Positions 13,822 through 25,409 of a stretch of 64,000 nucleotides of DNA are shown here, piece by piece (within the stretch, counting starts at the first letter, position 1; every line of letters begins with the position of its first letter). Source of the stretch: Sphaerodactylus townsendi (Eukaryota); contig NC_059428.1 in assembly GCF_021028975.2 (NCBI RefSeq), forward strand, positions 107,384,001-107,448,000, read 5' to 3'. Position numbers and translations under genes: made by a program. A model generated the notes under the pieces. That model searched no databases and was not told the DNA's origin. It was given only the letters and a program-made list of their open reading frames with translations.

Positions 13822-14335
13822 GGAGCTTTTCCACACAATTCATTTAAAACATTTTGAGTTGGGAAATACAACATTTCCTCCATGAAGTTCTCCATTGTTT
13901 TTACTCCAAAACTTTTTATTTCCAGCCTCAAAATGTTTTAAATGAATCTCCTTTTAAAATGATTCTCTGGCTGAAACGTTTTGATAACATCTTTAGTTGC
14001 TGTGTGATGAATTGACTATGTTTCCCATACCTCTCTGCTTCCCTGAACTTCCCTGAACTTCCTCCTCGGCACCATTTTGTGAGCTCACTCAGTTCCTTTT
14101 TGCCTGTTTGTTTGCAGCATTTCTCTGCTTGTTATTTTATTGGGGGGGGGGGCAGTCTTTGAGGCATCGAGTATATGAGGAGTATAAAATGCAGCATGAA
14201 GCTGGGAAGGGTTGAAGCATCGATTCAACACAGAACAGGAAAAAAGGGGGGAGGGAATGATGGCCAGGAATTGTTTCAAGGGAGGTTGAATAAATGTTTT
14301 ACAAATGTTTTAGGAGATTTGCGCAGAAAGGGCTA
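13822..14335. mobile_element. Harbinger-like MITE
   Basis: Ends agcttttccacacaa...ttgcgcagaaagggct with subterminal inverted aaaacattt/aaatgtttt repeats. Confidence 0.5.
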
Positions 14336-14935
14336 CTGTGGAGCTACAAAAGTTTTTGCTTCCATGTTCTGCTTGTATTTACATGAGCTTCTGCTCTGAT
14401 TTGAAGGCTCTTTCCCTAAATACACAACATACAGCAACTGTAAACTCCATACTGAGAAGCATAAAAAGATTTTGATTTCAATACTGAGACATTTTAAAAG
14501 ATTTTGCTCTTGGAATGTATTGTGGGCTTTAACTTATTATTTACCTCAATAAGGACATTCAAAGCTTTGCATTGAAGGAGTTTATTTCTTTGAGAGTGAA
14601 AATAATTCTGGGTTATAATGGTTTTTTGTATTTGGCTTGTGACAATAATAACAGTATAATTATGTTGTAAGAAATCTTTTCTTAATTGTTGACACAGCTT
14701 TTGTTCATTAGGTCATATTGGGTTTGCTGTATACTTAATCTTCATGCTGTTTAATTTTTGTGCTTTTGCTTTATCATTTAAGGCAATAAGAGGTACTGTA
14801 TGCCACTGATAGAGGTATTTTATACCTATATTTTAATAGGTATTTCAGATTGTTTGTTTTATTGAGCTTAATTTTATGTGACCAGTGACGGCAAAACCCT
14901 GGATAGAACAGCACACAAGAGCTCTCCGTTTAAAA

Positions 14936-15090
14936 CAGTGGTTCTCAACCTTCCTAATGCCATGACCCCCAACCCTAACATTTATCCATTTTACAGATGG
15001 AGAACACTGATGCAGAGAGTCTTAGGCGACCCTTGTGAAAGGGTCGTTCGACCCCCAAAGGGCTCGTGACCCGCAGGTTGAGAACTGCTG
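14936..15090 (-). mobile_element. SPIN (hAT/Charlie) non-autonomous MITE
   Basis: TIRs CAGTGGTTCTCAACCT / AGGTTGAGAACTGCTG and perfect 8-bp TSD GTTTAAAA (14928-14935, 15091-15098). Minus strand reads ...TTTGGGGGTCGAACGACCCTTTCACA.GGGTCGCCTAAGAC, as in SPIN/URR1. Confidence 0.88.
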
Positions 15091-16324
15091 GTTTAAAAGG
15101 TCAAGGAAACAAAGACAACGGGGACAGTAACTGGGTGGGAGAGATCAAATAGGTAGAGGACGAAGTGGGGTAAAGTAAGCCTACCTTTATGCTACACCTA
15201 CTGTATTATTGAAGCACTAGGGCAAGGAACTTATTTTCAATCTTGACTTGATTTAAAAAATCTAACTTCAGGGTGGGAAGCACTGATATCGTATAGGAAT
15301 CTCAATATTCGTTGCAGAATAGAAGAGGATCTGTACCAATTTTGATGCTGAATTAATTGTCGATATGGATTCCTGAAGTTTCTTCCTCCATTGCCCACAA
15401 GTTGAAAATCATCAGCCCAGTATACATTTTCAGTAGACTTAGGAGTGGAATACAAAAGAAGCAGAAAATCCTGTTGCCTCCAGTCTTCTGCTATTCAGGT
15501 GATAGTAAACAGACTGAGCATCCAAGTTCAGATGTTAATAGCAAATAACTACAAACATACCTGCATTATGCACCTTTCAGAGAAACATCGAAAGATGACA
15601 TCAGAATGCACAATTGTCTCCCAATCATATTTTCTGCGTAAGAATGAAGGTCTTTGGGTACCACGCCATATGTGAATTGGGGTGATTGTAACTTAACTGG
15701 CACGATGCAATTAAATGTGTGTCAGAAAAGGATCATGAGAGGACTTCTTCCATCTTGGCTCAAAATTATGTATAGAACATTCCCCTGATACCAATTATTA
15801 AAAAAAAGAAAGTCTGGAATTTAATTAGCATTTGATGATGCCACTCAGAATGTATTCAAATTATAAGCTCATCACATGAATAATCTTTTATCATCTGATT
15901 AGATGGGGCAATTCATGTGTCTAATGATACCTGCTAATCAATCAGGAGGGGGGAAGCTTCAGAACTAAATCTGTGAGTGAGTAATTTGGCTCCGTGAAAT
16001 ATCAGCTTCAGTTCAGCAGAGAGCCATGATTTCATAGTTTGTATTTGGTATGCTTATGATGCACACACGATTCTCTCACAAAGACACTTTACTGTACCAG
16101 CCCAGCCTTATGGCAAAGTAAAGGCCCTGATTGTGATAGTTTCCCTACAGCACACACATACACCCCTCACTTAATATCTGAATCCTCAGGAATTTTCCAA
16201 CCCACCTTTCTCCCCAGTAGGTACCAAAGTGACTTGCATCATACCCCTCTCCTCCATTTACCTTCACAATAGCCCTGAAAGGTAGGTTAGGCTGTGAGTG
16301 ACTGCCCAAGTGACTGCCCAAGAC

Positions 16325-16818
16325 TGTCCATGGCACAAGTGGGAGGGGGACAGAATGAAGGGGAAAGGGAGATGGAGAGAAAGGGTGACAGAATGAGGGA
16401 AATGGTGAGAACAAGGGAGGAAAGCATGGGGAAAAAGGGAGAGCCATGGGAGAGCAGCTGCTGCTGCTGCTGCTGTCCCCCTCAGAGTCTCCCCCAAAGC
16501 CATAGCCCCTCCAGAGGCCACAGAGGGGCCACCCGGGGGAGACTGTAAAGGCCTTCCCCCACTGAAGCGCTGAGAAGTGCTTGGGGAGGGAGGCAAGTGG
16601 CAGTGGCAAGCAGGTGAGTGTACAAACAGGGCAGGTGAGTGGCAGAAGTGGGCAAGCAGGGTGAGCAGCCCTGTGGGCAAGGCAGTGATGGGCAGGTGAG
16701 CAAGAGAACAGGCCAGGCAAGCGGTGGCCAGCAGGTGGCCAAGTGCCCCCCACATGACCCGGGTGAGTGGTGCCTGGGTGAAATGTCCCCCCTGCTCCCC
16801 CCCAAGATATGCCATTGA
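16325..16818. mobile_element. GC-rich degenerate DNA-transposon remnant with (CTG)6 and gggcaggtgag repeats
   Basis: Right end gatatgccattg resembles CAGTGGCG-type hAT termini. Abuts a truncated SINE at 16200-16322. No TSD found. Confidence 0.35.
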
Positions 16819-16957
16819 GCAAAGCACAGTCTGTAAATATTCTCATGTAAGCCCTTTTACAACAAATGTTTCCATTATAGCTGATGCAGAAAGACTCTTT
16901 GCTTGGATTGCTGATGCACAGGAAAAAGCATGTAGAGCCGACATCATGGATGAGGTA

Positions 16958-17260
16958 GAGGAGAAGAGGAATTTGGGTTTATACCCCACTTTCTCAACCA
17001 TAAGGAGTCTGAATGTGGCTTACACATTCCTTCCCCTCCTCTCCCCGCAACAGGTAGCTTGTGAGATTGATGGGGCTGAGAGAGTTCTGAAAGAACTGTG
17101 ACTAGTCCAAGGTCACCCAGCAGACTTCATGTGTAAGAATGGAGAAACAAATCCAGTTCACCAGATAAGAGTCCACCGCTCATGGGGCGGGGTGGCGAAT
17201 CAAACTCGGTTCTCCAGATTAGAGTCCACTGCTGTTAACCACTACAGCACACTGACTCTC
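16958..17260 (-). mobile_element. Squam3-like (MIR/Ther1-derived) tRNA SINE
   Basis: Minus strand has A box gtagtggttaa, B box gtttgattc, gggtgaccttgg core and a (CTT/CTC)n tail. Internal ~45-bp duplication of the B-box region. Confidence 0.8.
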
Positions 17261-18379
17261 CAGCTTGATATAAGGAGACAGAGACTGGTTATGGCTGAGG
17301 CTATGTGACAACAGTAAAATACCCTTTGATCAGTGAAATTATTCACTTTGCCTAATATGAAGGGTTGGAGTGTCATTTCTCTTGAATAAATCCAGCCCAG
17401 ATTACTTCATATGAGGAAGCAAAACCAGAACTCTGTTCCTGCTTCCAAAACTTATTTTCAAGATTCGGAAGTTCAGGACAATTTATTTTGTTTCTTGTAG
17501 ACACATTTCGTACCCTGAAAATGATTTCTGCTTAATGACTTCTAGTGTGGCCTTTATTATCTCAATCTGCCATTTAAACATTCATGTTTGACTGTCCCTG
17601 CAATGTCACATCCAGCCCAGAGATGCTCAAACATCTGCTGGTTCAGCTCATGTTCTGCTCACTAATTGTGAGTAGAGAGATAAAATTTTGTTAAGCAGTT
17701 TAGCTCATAGTCATTTTCCACACAGTTACAGTGCAATCAGCAGCATTTCACGCATGCATGATGGGAGTCCTAGTTTCCCTCCCCAAAGACCTGTCCTTGT
17801 TTCACACAGCTCCATAGCCAACCTTTTAAACAAAGCGTGAGTAAACCAGTCAGTTGTTTATAAACAAACATTGTATTTTTAATAAGTCCTACTGTTTGAT
17901 GTTAGTTATCACTGTTATTTCCTTCATTTCCTCACAGCCTTCTGGAAGTTGTAGTCCCATCACAAATGTCATTTAATTACTTGACCATGACCCTGAGGGG
18001 GAATCAATTTTATGAGCTGTATGGCTGCAAAAAACAGCCGAAAAGCAGAGGGAAATGCAATTCCACCACAATACTTACTGCATAGTCACAAAACTAATCA
18101 GCAACTACTCAGGTCAGTTGGTGGTAAGGTGAGGAGACCAGAGAATTGTCTCACGTCAATAGGTCTCCATGTCCCGATGACACACCCCCAAGGATTCGTA
18201 TTTATTTATTAAAACATTTATATCCCGCCTTTTTATGGTTTAAGACAACTTCATTCATTTTTCATTTTAACCTTTAATGGCATATAGCAGAGTGTTAAGA
18301 CAACTTATAATGAAGGTAGCATCTGCTCCAAGTTATTTGTGGATTTAAATTGAAGATAGGATTATTATTGACCTACAAA

Positions 18380-18822
18380 GCCTGATGAGGGAAAATCATA
18401 GCGACTTCTGCAGAGAAATGCCCTGCCTTGCCAATCTTTCAGAGATTTTTTCAGAGGATAAACAAGCACATGGATTAGGATGATATGGCAGACATTTTAC
18501 ACTTGGACTTCCCGAAGGCTTTTGAGAAGGTACATCATCAAAGATTCCTGAGTAAATTAAGCTGTCATGGGATAAGGGGATGAGACCTTTTATAGATTAA
18601 AAAATTGATTAAATGACAGGAAACAGAACCTAGGAAAATATGGAGAGTTCTCACAAGAGAAGGACATGAACGGGGGAGGGGTCCTGTAAGGATTGGTATT
18701 GGAACCAGTGCTGTTTAATGTGTTCATACTTGATTAGGAATTGGAGGTAGGAAATATAGACAATGGCAAATTATTGAGGATGGTGAAAACCAAAGCAGAT
18801 TGTGAACAGCTACAGGAAATTC
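18380..18822 (+). mobile_element. CR1 LINE ORF2 (reverse transcriptase) fragment, frameshifted
   Basis: Decayed translation ...CLANL...INKHMD...DILHLDFPKAFEKVHHQRFLSKLSCHGIRG matches the CR1 RT motif YLDFxKAFDKVPH. Confidence 0.85.
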
Positions 18823-21800
18823 TAACAGCCCCATCCATAGGGCCAGGTGCCCAGATGAAGCACTGTTGCAGCTGCTCCACCCTGCCATTCCCAAGAGATG
18901 TATTGATATGTACTATATTTGTATAGATATGCATGTACATATAGATATATTCTCAAAATACAAAAAGTCAGTAGAACTTTATTCCGTTGAATGAAAATCA
19001 CAAGTCTTTCTGAAGAACTATACTTTCCAAAACAGCCTAACTACTGGGCTAAAATGATGTAGAAAAAAATATGAACAATTATACGTAGCTATGATTATTC
19101 ACCAAGCTATAAAAGCTGAAGTCTTCTAGCAAGACCATTATCTCTTTCATTTATTGAACTAGCTGCTATCTCTGGCATATATACCATTAGTGGATAATTT
19201 GTTCCTGTAGCGTAGTTGTTCTGTGAATGAAGAAGCCTGTGGGCGTAACATCACAAGCAGGGGAAAAGATAGCAGAGATATATCATTTTTTTTGCAAAAT
19301 GTTCATTCCCAGGTGCATGTTCAGACTTCTGGGTGGTCAAGTTATAATATTGTAGCCTGACTCACTGCCATTCAAAATCCCTGATTTTATAAGTCTTCTC
19401 TATTTCAACCATTCCATGCAACCTCTGTAAGGCAATGGGGTAAAGAGGGCACTTTCTTTTCCTCCTGTGTTTTTCATAATATAGAACATCAGAAGGAAGT
19501 CTGTGAGCTTTACTAAAATGACAGGGATTCTCTTTCCTCATTCCAGTAGCTCCAAGTTCACTTTGGTAGAAGTCATTTAGGATAGAACTAATATTTGGTG
19601 GCAAACAGGGGATTTCCAAAAACAACAGGAATGTAATACCATTTTATTAAGTCCCATCAAAATGTCATAAAAGATGTGCAGTCTTCACTGTTCCCTAGAA
19701 CTTTATTCAAGTGAACTACAAAAAGTATGGAGGGACAAAGGAAAAGCTATTTTAGGGCAGGGCACACTCAGGTACTGAGTACAAATCAGATTTTAAGATG
19801 CCCCAGAGACTTCTGGGATGAGGAAGCAAAAATGACATGGTAGACTGGGGTAACAGAATTTGTAAAGTTAGTCTTCATGTGAGGAATTCCGTTTTTAGAA
19901 AGCCACAGTTTTTTTTAAAGCCTAACTCCCTAAAAGCCACCTTGCTCCCCAAGAAGAAAAGCTTTAGTCCATCTCTGTTTAACAAGTTTGCAACAAGCAG
20001 GAGCTTTCTGATGTGACAAGCTTGGGAAATTGTAATTTTTCCAGTCTCTGAAGATGGATGTAGTATTTTCTGCTCTACCACCTTATTGCTGAATATGTGG
20101 AAGAGGCCTAATTTCCCATCATAAAAGTAGCAGTCCTTATGTTGAGAATCCTAGCGGTAAAAATATCCTAGAAAATATTTTCCCTTTTTCTTCTCTTCCC
20201 CATTTCAGTGGAAGAGCTTGGGCTTCCTCCTTGCTGGAAAAGACATGGGAAAAGAGCTAGCTAAAGTGGGCCATTGTAATTACCAATAGATCTTTTTGGG
20301 CTGGTGGAAGTCTTCAAAGGATGTTGCACTGAGCCTTTAAGCCCTCTAATCTCCCACTTACTAGTCCCTGTTCTTATAGGCTGAGAGATACAAAGGAAAG
20401 TGTTATTCACTTGTCCTTATTCCATGTGCCCTTGAATTATGAAGCTACTTGGCTTTATTGTCATGGTTGTAGCTTCTGATTTTGGCAGGCCAGACCCCTA
20501 CTACCTGAAACGGAGTAAGTCAATCTAACAGACTCAGTGGCAGCATTTCTTGATAGGCCAGTCCCTTGCACCACAAAAAAGAGGGAAAGCAGCTGCCTGA
20601 ACCCAGATTTTCATTATACAGTTGGAGGATGTGTTGCCATCCTTAGAGAGATGTTTGAAAAGGTAACACAGCCTTTGTGCCTCACAGCTCTTGAATCACA
20701 AAGTGCGGGAGGAGAGTTGCTGGGCTTGAAGATCACAGTATTATTGAGTCAATGACTGTCTCCATGATGCTAAGCAATGAAACAGAGGGATGTAGACTGA
20801 GGCAGGAAATGGAACCTCTGAGGTAAAATATTCTTCACATAAAACTGGATTGACAGAGGCCCAATTCAGGCTCTCAAGTAGCAGCCAAAAGCACAGAAAG
20901 GACTGATGGAGCAAGGAGGGTGAAAGCTATGGCTATCTCCATCTCTTCATCACCCTCTGAAGTTGCCATTTTCTCCAGGGGAACTATAGTCTGGAGATCA
21001 ATCAAAACTTTAGGAGCTTGCAAGACACAATCTATAGGTTAGCAAACCAAACAAAAAGAGAGGGACAAAGGCTTAAAAAGATGTTTCAGGGCATATTGGA
21101 AAATCCTCAAAGTCTGCAACTTGGATATTTCTGATACCAGTTCTTTGGGGTGGTATCAGAAATGGGGGATTCATTCACTCAGCACTATGTTTTTCTAGGA
21201 AACTGGATAATCCTAAAACCAAGACTGAGTTTCATTGCAAATTAAATTAATTTTTGCAGATTATAGCTTTCCATCATTATGTCCAAAAATCCAATCACTT
21301 CAGGAAGAATCTAGGATAGGCATGTTAAAGCAGAGCAATAATCTGGAGGAGAGAATTGAACACTAATATTTCCTGAGAACTTAACTGAAATGCTGATTTA
21401 AAGCACACAGCCAGCAGAGCATGTACAATTGGGTTCCCAGATGTGCTCAAAATAGGTGTAAACACATTCAAGCAGAAAAAAACATAGTGCAAACTGACAT
21501 GAAGTGGCAGAAGTGTTAATTGTAATGCTAGTGTGATGAAACTATCCTAATGTGTTCTGATCATATCTGTTGTCTATTAAGGGAATCAAGTAAATTTAGT
21601 CATTGGTTTGCAATTGTAGTTTATTACTCAATACTTTCTAGTGCCCCCCATGTTCAACAAGAATTACATTCAGAATAAAATAGAATACTTATGCATTTTC
21701 TGTTGATTTCTTCTTTATCTCCTCCTCCCTTTTTCCCCTCTCTGTCTCCATATGAACACATATGGATAGGAAACATTTCTCATACAGAGTCAGTCAGACA

Positions 21801-23130
21801 GTGGTCCACCTCACTCAGATTTGTTTACTGTCATGGGTTGAGGCTCTGCAGGTTCTGAAACAGAGGACTTCCCCAGCATGAGGTCCTTTTACTGGAGATT
21901 ATGATAATTTGAGTATCTGACTGGCATATGTGTTCACAAGGTTGAAGCTCTGTTCCTCCACCAATAAAGGAGAGTAGTTTCAGACTTTACAGTATTATGT
22001 ATTGGGAGAGGAGAAAGCACAAAGAATTGTTGCCACACTTCTTGTGTAACATTTAAAATGGGAACTGAATCTCTTGTGTTTCATCAGGATAGATGTAGCA
22101 TCAATCACTAAGTGTAGCTTCTTTCCCAGCATGTTGTAATGTCCAGAGCAGATCCCCAGAAGAGGTGTGGAGTTTCCCAAAATGTTGTTAATTCTGGATC
22201 TGGATTTTGGGTAAGACGTGCTTCTTGTTACCCCAAATTTTCAAAACTTTTTAAGGTCCTGAAAATTTGGGACCATTTAGAGCAATGGCAGTGTCACACC
22301 CTCACCACCACTGCCACCACTCTGGGCACCAGGAGTAGAGAGGAACACAGGAAGAGATGAGACACTGTCTCTACCAAACAACTGCTTAGCAGTATCTCTG
22401 TCCTTTTATTTCAGGAGCATCCCAGAATTTTGGAAGTGTTTGGCTAATTTTGGATATCCTGGTGTGACCCAAACCAGCTGATTTGGGGTTTCTTGTTGGC
22501 CTGGGTATAACTCAAAACATATTTCTAGTTCTCAACCTCATTGATTTTAATAGAGTTGTACTGTCCCAATCAATATATGTTGGATTGTAGCCTAAGCCAA
22601 TTTTGCAACATACTAAATTAAAAAGGCAGTCCAATCCACATGCTAGTTAAACTTATTTTCTACCATTTACTGTAATGTTAATAAAAACTTGATCTTTTGC
22701 CCAGTTAAGCTAAATTGCTAAGGTATAAGCTGGTTTAGCCCAGTAGATTTGAATGGGAATGAAATCAGCTTAAGTCAAAGTACTGCAGTTTAACTGTATT
22801 GTACATTAGACTGCAAATCGGATTACATTCAAACGTTCTGATTTCACTAATCGGGAGTCAGTTTATGAAGATCAGTGCTTTTGGTGTATGTAAACTGTGT
22901 TTGTATCAAGTGATTTGTCTTGGTCTGAAATTAGTAAATATACAGACAGTATTAATTTGTCCGATACCTCTTTGCTGAATACGTAAAAGAGAAAAGTTGA
23001 CCTTTTCCCAAGGTATATTCTGTGGTTTTCATACAAAGATGTCTAATTTTTTTTCTATTGTAACTGAAAAAAAGACCTGCCTGACTATAATCAATTGCAG
23101 GTTAATTTATTCATTAAAGTAATATGTTTT

Positions 23131-23488
23131 CTGGTTGTGGTGGGTTTTCCAGGCTGTGTGGCCGTGGTCTGGCAGATCTTGTTCCTAATGTTTTGCCTGC
23201 ATCTGTGGCTGACATCTTCAGAGGTGTATCACAGAGAAAAGTCTGTTTCATACTGAGTGTAGTGAGAAGGGAAAGTTTAGTGGGGCATATTGTCCATTGC
23301 CCACTAAATTTTCCCTTCTCACTAGACACAGTGTGAAACAGACTTTTATCTGTGACACACCTCTGAAGATGCCAGCCACAGATGCAGGCGAAACATTAGG
23401 AACAAGATCTGCCAGACCACAGCCACACAGTCTGGAAAACCCATCACAACCAGTTGAATCCGGCCGTGAAAGCCTTCGACAATACATT
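23131..23488. mobile_element. Penelope-like element terminal repeat as a ~157-bp-arm palindrome
   Basis: Arms 23131-23287 and 23298-23453 are reverse complements. Tail gaatccggccgtgaaagccttcgacaataca is typical of squamate Penelope ends. Confidence 0.8.
23360..23400 (+). ncRNA. Minimal type I hammerhead ribozyme motif (Penelope-type)
   Basis: CCT-CTGAAGA-T-GCC...GGC-GAAA-C-ATT-AGG: core boxes CUGANGA and GAAA, stem II GCC/GGC, stem I CCT/AGG. Activity uncertain. Confidence 0.6.
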
Positions 23489-24537
23489 AATATATTTTCA
23501 TTGTGGTTAATTGGGCCACTTGAAACATAACATCTTTCCTAAATGGAAATTTTGGCAATAGAGGAAATGTGCCCAACCTTTCTCGTGTGTGATGGTCAGA
23601 CGGATACATGATGTAGATTTTTTTTTATTGGTAACAGTGGTACTTTATCTATTCTGAATATCTAAGAATATGCAAAGAACTAGTCCTTTCAAATTCAAGA
23701 AACCTTTAAATTGAAAATAACAGCAACAACAATAATAACCATTCTCACTTCACAGTACATGGCTTTGAAAAATGATGGGAATTTGGAAAACAATTTGTGA
23801 TATGCTGTGGGTGGGTTGCTGGTACTTGTTCGAAGGTAAGGAGTCAAAAAATCCAGTAGGCATTTGACTAATCCATGAGTGATCCTGAGCTGGCCATCTA
23901 AACAACACCCATGGAATATGTGTGATGGCTTTAGAATGAACTGTATAATTTATCACAGTTTTGTCATGAGATAGCTGCAATTACCCTTAATCACAGTCTT
24001 CACCTACTTGGGTATAGACAAGCAACCTTAAAAGCCCAAACATTTAGAAAGGTCTCCATAATGCTGGGTAGCAACATAGAAGCCCCCAGTCACAAGAAAT
24101 CCCATGTTCTGAAACTATCGCAGAAAAATGTCTGTTGATCTTCTAAGCTGCATTTAGTAGAAATCTAAATTGAGAACTCAGAGAACTTTAAAGTGAGAGG
24201 TAAGCAGACTGTGGGTGTTTCTAAAAAGTCATGAGTCAACAAAGTAGTACAAGTAGACAATGTGTGGGCTGATAATGTTTCCTTAACATTTGCACTTCAC
24301 TATTGTTGACAGAAGCAAATGATGAAAATCTTTGCTTCAGGATTTGTAATGTTATATTTAATGGTATGGGGTTTTGAGGTGACAGAGAGGAAAACACTCA
24401 CAGCAAATTCTGTTATCACTAAAATCCCTGTTATCACTATCTATTTGATGGATAACTTTTATCTCGCCCTTCTTCCAAGGAGTTCGGGGTGTCACATGTT
24501 TTCCCCCATCCTCTTCCGTTTTATCCTCACAACAACC

Positions 24538-24992
24538 TATTAGGTCTTGAACCTTAAGCCAATAAACGGACTCTGCGTTGTTGATCAGTAGCGTTTATTG
24601 ATAAGCCCAGAACACCAAAGCTTGGCAAAGCCAGTTCTAATGAAACTCACCTTCGCCATCTCCTTTATCCCCATTGTCAGTTTGAGAGAAAGAGTTTGCG
24701 GAGCCGAGGCACCCCAAGGTCAGTGACAGATAGTGATAGAGAGCCACCTGGCATTCTCCCCCTACAGAACGGAAACAACACCATATCTCATGAGACCAGG
24801 GTGTCAGGGGGAATCCTAGTTATCTTCAAAGTGTATGAAGCCATAAAGATCAAGGAAAGAATGCCCTAGATGGCCATGGTAACATAAAGCAGGTTGGTTA
24901 CATATATCTTCTAGCAGCATAGCTATATAGTTGTGAGCAGTTACATTGAGTTAGGAATGCATCTCAATCACCTAGATAGCATCCCCCTGACA
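24538..24992 (-). mobile_element. Solo LTR (~455 bp) inserted into a SINE
   Basis: 5-bp TSD CAACC (24533-24537, 24993-24997). Ends TA(TG decayed)...CA. AATAAA on the minus strand near 24594. The host SINE rejoins as cctcacaacaaccctgtga. Confidence 0.7.
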
Positions 24993-25105
24993 CAACCCTG
25001 TGAAATAGTTTAGACTGAAAGAGTAACTGACCAAGAGAGTGTCACTGCTTCATGGCAGAGTAGGCATTTGAACTCCTATAGTCAGGATCCTTGTCCAGTA
25101 TTCTA

Positions 25106-25409
25106 GAAGAAGAATTGATTTTATACTCCACTTTTCTCTACCTTTAAGGACTCACAAAGTGGCTTACAATCATCTTTTCTTCTCCTGCTCACAACAGGCA
25201 CCTTGTGAGGTAAGTGGGGCTGAGAGAGTTCTGAGAGAAATGTGACTAGCCCAGCAAAGCTTCTGATGGAGGAACAGGGAAAACAAAACTGGTCCACCAG
25301 ATAAGGGTCCACCACTCATGTGGAGGAGTGGGGAATGAAACACAGTTCTCCAGATTAGAGAACACAGTTCTTAACCACAGTTCTTAACCACTATTCCACG
25401 CAGGCTCTC
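25106..25409 (-). mobile_element. Squam3-like SINE, same internally duplicated subfamily as 16958-17260
   Basis: (GAA)n tail on +, same body, inserted in the head of the older SINE. Confidence 0.8.

Noticed and set aside
16145-16846. Longest ORF (233 aa, minus) and overlapping 187- and 107-aa ORFs
   Set aside because: Low-complexity GC-rich TE and SINE sequence open in several frames at once; no recognisable domain or splice context.
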